Assembly (NCBI GenBank): GCA_951406725.2
Contig: OX597814.1
Span: 176,452,001 to 176,516,000 of the forward strand
DNA: 64,000 nucleotides
Source: Octopus vulgaris
Taxonomy: Eukaryota
Direction of reading: 5' to 3'
Shown here: positions 12,799 to 26,105 of the stretch, piece after piece
Layout of the letters: the number at the start of each line of letters is the position of its first letter
Numbering within the stretch: position 1 is the stretch's first letter
The notes under the pieces: generated by a model
The model's input: only the letters and a program-made list of their open reading frames with translations
The model's database searches: none
Told to the model about the DNA's origin: nothing
Translations under genes and position numbers: made by a program

Positions 12799-15672
12799 CA
12801 CATATATGTATAATATTACAAATTCAATCAATCCAGTTCCTAATCCAGAAGTCCACATCATCATCATCAATTTCTGTCATTTCCACACTGCCAGGGACAG
12901 GACATTTCAAAATGGTCTAAATCAGCTCCTACCCATAGTTATTGTCCCAAATGGTTTTGGAGATCATGTCTAACTTGTACATTTCATTTGGCTTTGTTCC
13001 TGCAGCCAGATGCCCTTCCTAACACCAACCACTTTTCAGAGTGTAATGGACTATATTATATTTTGTCACAGCATCAGCACTAGAGAGGTTGTCATATCCT
13101 TCACAAGACTAAATAGTCCTCTCTACCTTCACATTGTTATGGTGTCTCTTTTCAATCACAAACCTCTCCCTTTACAAAGCATATTCAGTGTATTTTATCA
13201 TGGTAGCAATATTAGAGAGTTGTCTCTGTTGTTTCAAGTCAAAAATGGCTGAGAGAATGAATGGTGTGTGACAATGAGACAAGAAAAAAATTTCAGTACC
13301 CAAAAACATGGAGCAAGTACAAGGTAATTAATTTTACACCGAAAAAGAAGAAACAGAGAAGAATTCAATATTTTAGCCAATGGTCCTTCAAGAACAAGAG
13401 AGAGAAAAAGAAAAAAATGTTCTCTGAAAAGCAGTGTTTACAATGACAAGCACATGGTGAAATGAATGACAGGAGTAGGTAGTGCAGAATGGTGTTTTAA
13501 AGCCCAAAGAATAATCTGTTGCCAAGGAAGAGGCAGGGTGAGAGCCTCTTGCTAGGCAATAAAAATGTACGAGCACGTTACATATGCATGTATGCATATG
13601 GCAATTTACTAAAGAAAAACAAGGTGATTATTCATCCCAGTTGGGTGGGATATTTTGCTGTTGATGGAAAACAGGGGTAAAACACTACCACAGACAATGA
13701 TATGCTACTTAGTATGACAGGAAAAATTGAAGTGATGGCCATAGATTGGAGCAATATGGTGTTATGCCAGACATCTAAAAGGTACTTCCTAAAAATCTAG
13801 GTACTCCCAGAAAATCTCCAGGCAATTCCTCAATGAACAGCAAGTCACAAAACCAGCATTAGATGCTTGTACTAGCAAGAAGATTCCACAAGAAATGTTC
13901 TTGATGGTGCAAGCGAAACAGTTGGCAACATAGGAGGAAGTCTGCGCAAAGTGGCGAAATTCTGGATGAAGAGACAAGTGTTGTAGCAGTAATGAAAACA
14001 GGTAAAGCAAAGTACAAATGGGAATCAGTGAGTTTATAAAAGACAGAAGTGGAGCAGATGGAGTGTCAAAAAAATGGAAATATCCAAGAAGTAACAGAGC
14101 TGATGGAGCTGTTGGGTGTGAAACCCAGGGTAGGGTGGAAGGAATTGGTGAAAGTAACAAGAAGTTCAGGTCTTCACAAGTAAGACAGGGTGATGGTATT
14201 TTTGTCAATGTAACACATCTGGAGCGGGTCCTGTGAAACTAAGGATAGATTTAGGGCTAATATGACCAACAAATAAGGCAGTGTGAAGTAAAGATTTCAG
14301 GTGAAACCTGCTGGTAAGGTAGAAATCTCCAGGAAAGGAAAAGTTGAGAGTGAGAGCAAGTTCACCAAAGAAGGAGATAGTCATGGAGCTTAGTTCAAGT
14401 GTGTTGTGATGATCAACTGTTTTAGGACTAGGAGATTGTTGTCATGGAGCAGCCTAACATCCATGGTGAAAAAGTTGGTAGGGACTAGGGTGGACAAGAA
14501 GATGAAGAGGTAGAGGGCATGGTTGGTGCTGTAGATGATTCACACATCTATGTACAAAACACACTCTCACACTTTATTTCCTTTGGCAGTAAAAAAACAC
14601 CATTTCACTGTACTTATTTCCATTAAAGGCTTTCATTGTAAATGCTACTTTCTATGGAACTTTCTTTGTTATTTTCTGCATGTAGTTGATGAGCAACCAC
14701 TCCAAAATGCTGAACTCTTCCCTGTTTCTTCCTTGCAGCATGTTTTCATTGTTTTTTTTTGATACTGTTTTAGAAAAGGGTAAAGGAGTAGAAGGTAAAA
14801 AATTCATTTAAACCCATTGGCATCATAGTTCCAAGTTTAAAATATGATTCATTGTTCCTTCCATTTCCTTGAGTGAGTGAACTCATGGAGCACAAAAATA
14901 CTGGCCAGTATGACAATGAAGTCTTGTAGTTCATTTGAAATTTTTCTGCTTGAATTATTTATTTTATTCCTTTTTCAACAAAATGGTTTATCACGAAAAA
15001 AATCAAGCAAAGAATGTCTAAAATTATTTGATCGCCATTCAGCAAGTTAAGTCACAACTGATGGCAACTTATCACTTTAACCATTTTTTTTCTTTCAAGT
15101 TATTAATAAATAATAAAAACATTTAGTCATAGTGTGTGCGTGCGTGTGCACATGCTATGTGTTGTGCATAAATATGTGCACAAATCTGTGCATGGGTGCT
15201 TGCATGCATGTGCAGACATGGCTGAACAGCTAAGAAGTTTCCATTGCAACCATGAGGTATCTGGTTCTATTCTACCGTGCAACACTTTTGATAAGTTTTT
15301 TTCTTGCTTAGTCTTGGGTCGACACAAGGCTTACGAGTGAAATTCAGCAGATGGAAAGTGTGTGGAAATCCATCAGATTAATTACAGCTGTGAATTCAAA
15401 GAGCAATCCTTGTCACACATAACGTCATGTTAACTCCGACTATACATTACAAGATTACAGGCACATATACAGTACAATTTTTTCTGTGGAATATTCAGCC
15501 ACTTATACTATGACACAACAAGTAGGTAATTCCATTAACTGAACAACTGGAATAGTCATCTTCAAAACCAATGAAGGATCCATTCACAGTGCACATGCAC
15601 ATGTGTGTGTATATTTCAAAACAGGCATTGTAAATAATAATAATGAAAAAAAAAAAGGTAATAATCACTCAC

Positions 15673-16065
15673 TTGTTGATTCTACTTCAGAGAAATGGTC
15701 TTCTTCAAAGATAAATTCATTATTGAAAGGGTTAAATCGTTGCCGTACAGGCTTGTTTCTGTCACCAGTAGGTACACTGTTGCTACTTTCATTCATAGCT
15801 GGAGGCTTTATAGCTTTACTGCCCACGTCGGGGCTTTGCCTATCTTGATTTAAGGCTGTATTACCACTGTCACCTTCAGATCTACATTCTGTCTGATACA
15901 CATCATTGTTCTGTAGTTTCTCATCTGATGCTGAAAGTGGTAACTCTGCTTGCTGCTTATCCTCATCCTCACAAGTTACACACACTTTACAATCACTGAG
16001 TTCACTCTTTTCGATATCATTTAAAGTTTCTTTATTTTGAACGGTCTCTTTTGCAGAGTCTAAAC
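15673..16065 (-). CDS. DEF8: DEF8-like gene, N-terminal coding exon (393 nt, phase 1-1; LDSAKETVQ...RQRFNPFNNEFIFEEDHFSEVEST)
   Basis: Open acidic exon bounded by AACAG| and |GTGAGT on the - strand. RQRFNPFN resembles the recalled DEF8 N-terminal RQAHLNPFNK. Confidence 0.7.
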
Positions 16066-17755
16066 CTGTTTCAATGGGTACATAAACACAGAAATTTCAT
16101 GTAATTTATTATCATAATTATCTTAATTAAAATTATTATCATTATAATTATTTTTTGTTTGTTAGTTCTAAATAGCATACGCAAATCAATCATGCCAAAC
16201 AGTTTACTAGTGGTTTAAGAATGTTAGTAAGATTTTTCCAAAGCAAACATCAAAAAAAAAAGTACAAGCTGCATATGAAGATAAATGCAATATTTTTTTT
16301 TTTGATTTTCACTCGGGGAGTTCTGGCCATGCTGGGGTACTATCAGGAATAAAGAAAATTTCTTTAGTCTTTGCAGAAATTTTATATTTTATGAAAGGAA
16401 GTTAAGCAGTTTGAGTACAGCTTGATTTTTCGCAAAAGCTAAAATCATTTTAGTTTAGAATTGTCAAATATGCTGGGGAGGGAATCCAAATTCAGCATGC
16501 TGTGTCTTCAGATATTTTTAATAGATCTCAGTTTTCTGAAATTTTAAGCGTTTATGCTATACAGAAAGGAAGCAGCCAGGTTTAAAGCTACGTAAGATAG
16601 ATTTGTTTAAACATATTTAATACTTGGTTTGAGAGTACATGCACCATGTCACTGCATGTTGTAGAAGTATCAGAAAGAGTTGGCAATAGAAAGAGTTTAT
16701 GATTGGAAAAACACTGCTGGTATAGAAAAGCAGACATAAAACAATGAAGACATCAGAAAAGTAGTTAGAAATAAATATGCAGACTAAGAGGGAAAATGCA
16801 ATTAGTCAATGCGTAACGGCATTTTCATGTGGATAGCAAGCACCAAGTGGCAACCCTGGACATATCTCAGTCTTATTCTGAATTGAATAGTCAAGTATAT
16901 ATATTTCTCTGTACTCGCCAAAGTACATGTAAAAAGATTGTATATTTGTTGCTTAAGAAAATAAATTAAAAGACAGTATCCACATGAAAACCAATCAGTA
17001 AGTATGCATTAACATGGAGACCTATTGAGTCAAGTACATCAACATCAAAATAAATATCAAATGGAAATTGTGGTTGGGATACCAGTGCCAGTGGCATGTA
17101 AAAAGCACCATCCGAACGTGGCCGATGCCAGCGCTGCCTTGACTGGCTTCCGTGCCGATGGCACGTAAAAAGCACCAACCGATCATGGCCACTGCCAGCT
17201 TCCCCTGGCACTTGTGCCGGTGGCACATAAAAAGCACCCACTACACTCACAGAGTGGTTGGCATTAGGAAGGGCATCCAGCTGTAGAAACACTACCAGAT
17301 CAGACTGGAGCCTGGTACAGCCTCCTGGCTTCCCAGACCCCAGTCAAACCGTCCAACTTGTTCTAGCACAGAAAACAGACGTTAAACGATGATGATGAAT
17401 GCATAAAGTATTATAAAATTAACAAGAAATAATTATCTTGAGGCTGGCTGTGAAGAAATGGAGTCTGCTTCACAACCACATAGTTTTGAGTTCTATCTTA
17501 CTGTGTGGCAACTTGAATGAATGACTTGGGCTGATTAATGCCTTATGAGACAAATTAGTGCACAGAAACCATATGGAAGCCAGTTGTGTCTGCGGATGTG
17601 TGCATGCATGTAAATGTTTATATTCTATGGCTTCACATGAAGCCATTTTAGGAAAACCAGTGATGCTATATTGACATACACTGCTAACAAATCTTCCTCC
17701 AGCTCTGCACTTTCAAAGAAACCCAAAATAAAGAAACTCTTACTCAAAAAACATA

Positions 17756-18277
17756 CCGTAAATCTTTGAGTATAGTTCACTCTTGAGTATAATACGCAGG
17801 AGAGTTTTAGGGGGCTGTACCTCTGAAAAACCTAAACCTTGTGTATAATGTGCACTCCTTCTCTAACTTGAGTCGTGCGTAATTAAGCCAGCAGCACCTA
17901 GTCAAACAAACACTTCTGTGCAAGCGTAATACAGTAATGGTGATGTTCTCAGTTGTTATATGGGAATGTAAATATGTTTGCAAATTGCTTTTTTTACATG
18001 TTATTCTGTGTTCTGAATACTTTTATTTTAATAAATGTTGCTTACTGCAAGTTATGGATGATTCTTTTATGACTTCATTGCTTTCAGGCTTAGCTTAAGG
18101 TATTTTCGCGCCCAGCATCACAAAATGCATCTGAATAAACATTGCCGGACAGCAAATAGAGACTCGGGCATTGCTTAGAAAATATTTTTCATTTTTAACC
18201 TCATATATAGTACGCACTAGGGATTTTGACCTTTAAATTTTGGGGAAAAAATGCGGATTATACTCGAAGATTTACAG
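17756..18277. mobile_element. pogo/Tigger-like MITE
   Basis: TA|CCGTAAATCTTTGAGTATA ... TATACTCGAAGATTTACAG|TA TIRs with TA TSD. Confidence 0.8.
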
Positions 18278-18841
18278 TATGAGTTAGAAGTTGTCAGGTG
18301 GTTACCAACAGATTAGAACAGACAACTCAGAAGACTTATGAGATGATGAGAAGACAATATCGTTAAACAATTCAGGCCTAAAAAGAAGAGAAGGATTCAA
18401 TCAAGAGGAAAATGGAAGCACATTGTGACCAGAAATGTATAAGGACATCTGAGATGTCTGGATGTAAAGTCAATTTTTAGCAAAGCAAAGCAAGTCATTT
18501 GTATCAACCATCCCACTGTATTCATTAATTTAATGATATTTATTGACAATTTCCACCATCAAATGACTAAAAAAGAAAAAAAAAAACAGACTCAGCACAG
18601 GGCTGGATTTGCTTGAGAAACAATATCTCAAACCCATTTTGATATCATTTAGTCTAGTTACAGCATATCATAAAACATTCATCATCATTTAACATCTGTT
18701 GTTCATGCTGGCATGGGTTGGACAGTGTGACCACAGCTGGCAAGCTGGATGAGGTGGGGGCACCAAATTCCAGTCTGAATTGGCATGGTTTCTACAGCTG
18801 GATGCCCTTCCTAATGCCAGCCACTTTACAGAGTGTGCTGG

Positions 18842-19052
18842 ATGCTTTTACATGGCATTACATGTGCACTTTTAGGTGATGCCACATGGGCCCTTTTACA
18901 TGGTGCCACACAGGTACTCTTACATGACATTACATGGGCACTTTTACATGGCATTGCACGGGTGATTCTACATGGCACCACATGGCTACTTTTATGTGAG
19001 ACCACACAGACACTACTACGTGACACCATACAGGCACTTTTACATGCCACCC
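18842..19052. repeat. Degenerate 24-bp minisatellite (about 9 units) inside an RTE-tail copy
   Basis: Repeated GCACTTTTACATGGCACCACATGG-like units; the ORF track shows 8-aa periodicity (ALLHGATW). Confidence 0.75.
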
Positions 19053-19446
19053 ATGTGGAAACAGCCTAGTTATGCTATACCCACTTTCTTTCTAGTACAT
19101 ATAACTTTACTAAATTACTCAGTGTTTTTACTATCATATGACTGCTGTTATCTGGCACACATAATTCAAACATAGCAAAATTAAATTATTCAAATTAAAG
19201 GAAATCATTTAGATATGTATATATCTAAATGATTTCCTTTCTTATCTATATAATAGTAACTCATTGCCTCATTATTTTCATCCTTATTGATGTCTATGAT
19301 ATTAGATCTTTTTCCGTTTAACCCCACTATAAACCAGGAAGTTCTTCATTTTTTGCTATCCACTTGTTGTATTAGTCACAACAAAGTAAACTTTTATGCC
19401 ATAGAGAAAGATAGCCTCTGTATAGCCATAGAGAAAGATAGCCTCG

Positions 19447-19674
19447 AGGCAGTGAGCTGGCAGAAATATTAGCACACTGAACGAAATGCTTAGTGGTATT
19501 TCGTCTGCCACTACGCTCTGAGTTCAAATTCCGCCGAGGTCGACTTTGTCATCCTTTCGGGGTCGATTAAATAAGTACCAGTTATGCACTGGGGTCGATA
19601 TAATCGACTTAATCCGTTTGTCTGTCCTTGTTTGTCCCCTCTGTGTGTAGCCCCTTGTGGGCAGTAAAGAAATA
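19447..19674 (+). mobile_element. tRNA-derived SINE family A (AGGCGGCGAGCTGGCAGAA head)
   Basis: A/B-box-like head, CATCCTTTCGGGGTCGAT core and TSD AGAAAGATAGCCTC. Other young copies at 22459-22687, 27886-28117, 41912-42384, 54658-54889 and 58733-59123; many decayed ones at 24930-26080. Confidence 0.85.
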
Positions 19675-20614
19675 AGAAAGATAGCCTCTGTATGGCAAGA
19701 AGCCAAATCTTTCTCAAATCACACCCTGTCATTTTAGAAAAGAAGGACATATTGAATCTTGTATTTACTATATCTAGGGAAAAAGGGGAAATACATGATC
19801 ATGACAGGAATATCTTTGACCACAGGCTTGCTTGAACAAACTTGACCTGTGAATAAACAACAGCAACACCATCATCATCATCATTTAACATCCGTTTTCC
19901 ATACCGGCATGGGTTGGATGGTTTGACTGAGAACTGGTAAGTTGGGGAACAGCACCAGGTTCCAATCTGATTTGGCATGGTTTCTATGGCTGGATGCCCT
20001 TCCTAATACCAACCAGTCCAAGAGTGTAGTGGGTGCTTTTTACATGCCACCAGCATGGGCGCCAGTTATGTAACACAAGCATCGACCATGACTGCGATCT
20101 CACTGTGTGTGTGTGTGAGTATAGGTAGATAGACAGACAAATGGATGGAAGAATGGATGAAGAGACAGATAACTAAGCACAGGGTTGACTGTAGTTTAGA
20201 AGCTTGCTTCCCAACCATGTGGTCTTGGATTCAGTCCCACTGCATGGCACCTTGGGCAAGTGCCTTCTACTATAACCCTAGGTTGACCAAAGTCTTGTGA
20301 GTGGATTTGGTACATGGAAAATGAAAGAAGCGCATCATGTTAGTGTGTGAATGTGTGTGTGATGTGTGTGTGATATAGATAGATAGGTAGATAGACAGAC
20401 AGACAGATGGATGGATGGAAGAATGGAAGAATGGATGAAGAGACAGATAAATAAGCACATGGTTGATTGTAGTTTAGAAGCTTGCTTCCCAACCATGTGG
20501 TCTTGGGTTCAGTCCCAATGCATGGCACCTTGGGCAAGTGCCTTCTACTATAACCCTAGGTTGACAAAAGCCTTGTGAGTGGATTTGAGTGGACAATGAA
20601 AGAAGCCCATCATG

Positions 20615-20665
<51 letters not shown>

Positions 20666-23209
20666 ATGTGTGTGTGTGTGTGTGTTTGTGTAGTTTGTCT
20701 TGATATCATGTGATAACTGTAAATGAGCATAACTATCATTACAAGTGATGATGTTCATTTTGAGTCTTCCATGAAAAACATGTCTGGTCATGGGTAAATT
20801 TTATCTTTCTTAGAAACTGATAATCGTTGACAACAGGAAGATCATTTGCCTATAGAAAATCTGCTTCAACAAATTCCATCTGACTCATACAAACATGGAA
20901 AAGTTGATGTTAAATAATGATGATGATGATAATGATGATAAAAAACGTAGCTGGTTGTCTAGTTGTCCACTACCCTGACTGACCCAGTCATTGGTTTTCT
21001 TCAAAGTAATCATTATGAGAGTATGCCATTTTGTCAAACTCTCAGATTATAAATCAGTACTTAGATGCTTTTTTTTTGTCTCTCTTTACTCTTTTACTTG
21101 TTTTAGTCATTTGACTGTGGCCATGCTGGAGCACCGGCTTTAGTCGAGCAAATCGCCCCCAGGACTTATTCTATCGGTCTCTTTTGCCGAACTGCTAAGT
21201 TACAGGGACGTAAACACACCAGCATCGGTTGTCAAGCAATGTTGGGGGGACAAACACAGACACACAAACATTTACACACACACACACATATATATATATG
21301 TATACATATATACGACAGGCTTCTTTCATTTTCCGCTCACAAGGCTTTGGTCGGCCCGAGGCCATATTAGAAGACACTTGCCCAAGGTGCCATGCAGTGG
21401 AACTGAACCTGGAACCATGTGGTTGGTAAGCAAGCTACTTACCACACAGCCACTCTTACGCCTCGTTTATTTATCTATTCTTGTTACTTGTTTTGGCCAT
21501 TAGACTGCGGCCATGCTGGGACACCGCCTTGAAGAATTTTTAGTCAAATGAATCAACCCCAGTACTTTTCTGTCTTTTAAGCCAGGTATTTATTCTATCG
21601 ATCTCTTTACTGAACTGCTAAGTTATGGGGATGTAAACACACCAACACCAGTTGTCAAGTGGTGCTGGGGGACAAATACATACATACACACACGTATACA
21701 TTAGTCAAACAAATCAACCCCAGTACATATTTTTTTAAGCCTGATACTTTTTCCATCAGTCTCTTTTGCCAAACTGCTAAGTTACAGGGACGTAAACACA
21801 CCAACACTGGTTGTCAAGTGGTGATGGGACGTCAAACACAGACGCACACACTCTATATCACCATGATCACTGTGACCGACGAGGCTATCAGATGTTGCTA
21901 CACATTGCTGGTCACAATGCGCTTCGCATTGTTTTAGCCTTCAAATGATGCCACCCTGCTGGCTAAGTGAGCAGGCCAACACAAATTATATATACATACA
22001 TATATATATATATATATCATCATCATCATCATCGTTTAACGTCCGCTTTCCATGCTAGCATGGGTTGGACGGTTCAACTGGGGTCTGGGAGCCCGAAGGC
22101 TGCACCAGGCCAGTCAGATCTGGCATTGTTTCTACAGCTGGATGCCCTTCCTAACGCCAACCACTCCGAGAGTGTAGTGGGTGATTTTATGTGCCACCGA
22201 CACAGGTGCCAGACGAGGCTGGCGAACGGCCACGCTTGGATGGTGTTTTTATGTGCCACCGACACAGGTGCCAGGCGAGGCTGGCAGACGGCCACGCTCG
22301 GATGGTGTTTTTATGTGCCACCGACACAGGTGCCAGACGAGGCTATATATTATATATACAACATATATATATATATAATGGGCTTCTTTCAGTTTCTGTC
22401 CATCAAGTCTGCTCACAAGGCTTTGGGTTGATCTAAGGCTATAACAGAAGACACAATAAGGCGGCGAGCTGGCAGAGACGTTAGCACGCCAGGCAAAGTG
22501 CTTCACAGTATTTCGCCTGTCGCTACGTTCTGAGTTCAAATTCCGCCAAGGTCGACTTTGCCTTTCATCCTTTCAGGGTCGATAAATTAAGTACCAGTTA
22601 CGCACTGGGGTCGATGTAATCGACAATCTATTTGTCTGTCCTTGTTTGTCCCCTCTATGTTTAGCCCCTCGTGGGTAATAAAGAAACATATAACAGAAGA
22701 CACTTGTCCAAGGTGTCACACAGTGGAACTGAACCTGGAACCATGTGGTTGGAAAGCAAGCTTTTTACCACATAGCCACACATAATTTTTTTGTTTCCTG
22801 CCAACTGTTTGCACCATGTGCATCCCTGCTGCGTGGTCTTATGATCTATTCTTAGCTATTTAACATACATATCTTATCACTGGAGACATGTTGTGCTTCA
22901 GAAAATTGCAGCAAACTTGTCCTACTCCACTTTGCCTACTTGCCAGACAAGTTAATCAAGTGAGAGAGAGAGAAAGTGGGGGACAACTTGATGACCCAGC
23001 AACTAATACAGCAAAGCTAAAGTACAAGTTTGCTTGATAGACACCAAACCTTCCAGCAGATAAATAGAGTAGAATTGCGTAAGTGTTGCTCTTATCTTCA
23101 ATTGGATATCAGCATTTCTTTTTCTTATCCCAAAGTTCTGTATAGACATTCAATACAAGATATTCATTGCTCTGTATGTGAGAGGGAGAAAGAGAGACAG
23201 ACAGACAGA

Positions 23210-23257
<48 letters not shown>

Positions 23258-24149
23258 AAGTAATTTAACCTTGATAAATTATATTTTCAAAAGTTCCTTA
23301 TTTTACTGACTCATGCTGAGTCATTTTCTCCTTAACTTTCTAAATATATCCAACTTACTTTTTAACATATTTTTCTTGAAATACACAGCCTTTATTTCAC
23401 TTTACCCTTCTTTATCACTCACTGCATTCACCTCTACCCCTCATCTTTAACCATCTGTTACACCCCACTCACACTCATATAAAAATATTCACTCTTTCAT
23501 CTACTCCCATGACCCATTGTCTGTATAATCCCTTATGCTCACCCACTTGTATTTTGGGAGTTTGATCTAGCACCCCACCACTGCCTTCCTTTCATCTCCA
23601 GCCATGTATCTCCGCTGTAGCAAGACACCCATGCTTGTCCCTCTGTCATACTTTAGCCTTTCAACACTTAGCATAAAGCCATCTTCTCTCAAATGCTCCC
23701 ATCTTACTAATGGCAGCTTTTTCCTTTCTTTTTTTTTTTCGTTCTTTTTCTGTCTTACAAGTTACACAGCAATCTCATTAGTGCTAGTGGCATGAAAAAA
23801 AAAAAACCACCCAGTACACTCTATAAAATGGTTGGCTTTGGAAAGACATCCAGCCACAGAAACCATGCCAAAGCTGACACTGTAGCTTGATGCGACCTGG
23901 TAGCTCAACAAATCCTGACAAACTGTCTAACCCATGCCAACATGGAAAGTGGATGTTAAATGATGATGAATGAAGAATTTAGTAACATTATTTTGTCGTT
24001 ATTAAGCAGGTGTTTGGAGCTTAATTATACACAAAATTTTGATGGAAGATTTTAATATAGAACACTTTAAAATAGGAAGTTTGTATCATAGAAACAGAGG
24101 CAAGCTCAGGTGGCCTGGTATCAACAAGGTTAAGTAACATTTTGTCTGT

Positions 24150-24482
24150 CTGTCTATATCTATCTATCTATCTACCTACCTATATCTACCTATATCTATT
24201 TATATCTATCTACCTAAATATATCTATCTATCTACCTATATCTATCTATCTGTATCTATATATCTATATTTATCTATATCTATCTATCTAGGGCTCTACA
24301 TTTGTATTTGTCCCCTGTGTTCAACCCTGTGTGGCCAATAAAGAATGTTATCTCTGTATCTATGTGTCTATCTCTGTATCTATCTATCTGTATATCTGTA
24401 TCTATCTGTATATCTGTATCTATCTATCTATCTGTATCTATCTATCTATCTGTATGTATGTATCTATCTGTCTATCTATCTC
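24150..24482. repeat. (TATC)n / (TATCTG)n compound microsatellite
   Basis: Directly visible; one of dozens of (TA)n, (CA)n and (CAT)n tracts in the window. Confidence 0.9.
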
Positions 24483-26074
24483 CCTCCCTCAATACTTAAC
24501 AGATGTCACTGACTGTCCAACTGAGAACTATGTAACAACCATCACATCACCTGAAAGACAACTGTCAAGAAAGGACAACAAAAGGTGCTTTTCTGCATTA
24601 CAAGGTCTACAAGCCCTCAAATTGCCAAAACTGAAACTGAACATTTGATTCCCATGCAGAAAGGGGGCTCTTGTTATCTCTATAGTATCTTCTTAAACAT
24701 TACACTTAATAAAAATGTAACAATCCATCAGATAAAATAATGACTGTTGCTGCCCACTTTCTCCTTCCAACAACAGACTGCACACACACACCTTTATGGT
24801 TTTGTGATATCTCCAATATTGTAACTTCTGTATATTAATGGCCTATTTGCTGATACTATTAATCACACACACACTAATTGTACTGAGATCACTATTAGTT
24901 GCCCTCCTCTCCCCGAAAATTGCATGAGCAGTAGTAGAATTGTTAGAGCATCAAATAAGACCTTGTGGTGTTTAATTACAACACTATTCTGAGTTCAAAT
25001 GCTGTCAGGGACAATTTTATCTTTCATTCCTGTAGGGCTCAATAAACTGAGTACCAGTTGAACACTAGGAGCAAAATAATCAACTAACTCCTCCCTTAAA
25101 TTTAGGGGCTTTTACTTCAATAAGAAATCATTTAAGTCAGAATTGATAAAGCATTAAAAAAATTGCTTTGTGGTGTTTGTTCCTGACTTCAAATCCTGCT
25201 TAGGCCAACTTTATCCTTTCATCCCTTTGGATCAATAAAATGAAGTAGTTGTCAAGTACTGGGATCAATGGTTATTGACTTACACCCACCCTTTGAAATT
25301 GTTTGCCTTGTGCTTACATTAGAAACAATAAAGGAAGCAAGCTAGCAGAATCATTAACCCTTTAGTGTTCAGATTATTCTGTCAAATGTGATGTTTGTTT
25401 ATTCATATTGTTTTGAATTAATCATGTATCATCTTGTAGTTTAGAGATTGCAGTGATGTGATTTTTTTAGTTTTAGAATGACATGGTAGGGCTGAGGTAA
25501 GAGGCAAGCTCTGGTCAGTTTCAATATAAAACAGGTTAAATATTCTGGCCGGATATGGCCGATTTGAATGCTAAAGGGTTAAAGCATTGAAAAAATGTCT
25601 CGAAGCACTTGTTTTGGGATCTTTACAGTCTTAGTTCAAATTCCTCAAGGATCAACTTTTCCATTCATTTTTCAGGGTCAATAAAATAAAGTACCAGTGA
25701 AGTACTGGAGTCAATGAACCCAAACTACTCCCTGCCCTTCAAAATTGCTGTTCTTATGCTTAAATCAGGAGCAATCATTATTATTATTATTACTATTACT
25801 ATTATTTAGGCGGCAAGCTGGCAAAATCATTAGCACACCAGGCAAAATGCTTAGCAGCATTTTGTCTGTCAGTACATTCTGAGTTAGCACACTGGGCAAA
25901 ATGTTTAGCGACCTTTCATCTGTCTTTATGTTCTGAGTTCAAATTCCACCAAGGTCAACTTATCCTATCAAGGAGTCTCTGTATAATTGCTCAGCCAGTT
26001 AAATTTCACTGGGTTCGATGTAATCGATTAGGCCCCTTCTCCAAATTTCAGGCCTTGTGCCTTAAGTAGAAAGA

Positions 26075-26105
<31 letters not shown>

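Noticed and set aside
12642-12920. Recurring ORFs such as FLQLDALPNANHSESVVG (also 16966, 21967, 49967, 60134, 63404)
   Set aside because: Antisense translation of the RTE 3'UTR repeat; not a protein family.
13620-14530. Purine-rich region with ORF 13789..14208
   Set aside because: May be an old retroelement relic, but no diagnostic motif or splice context could be identified.
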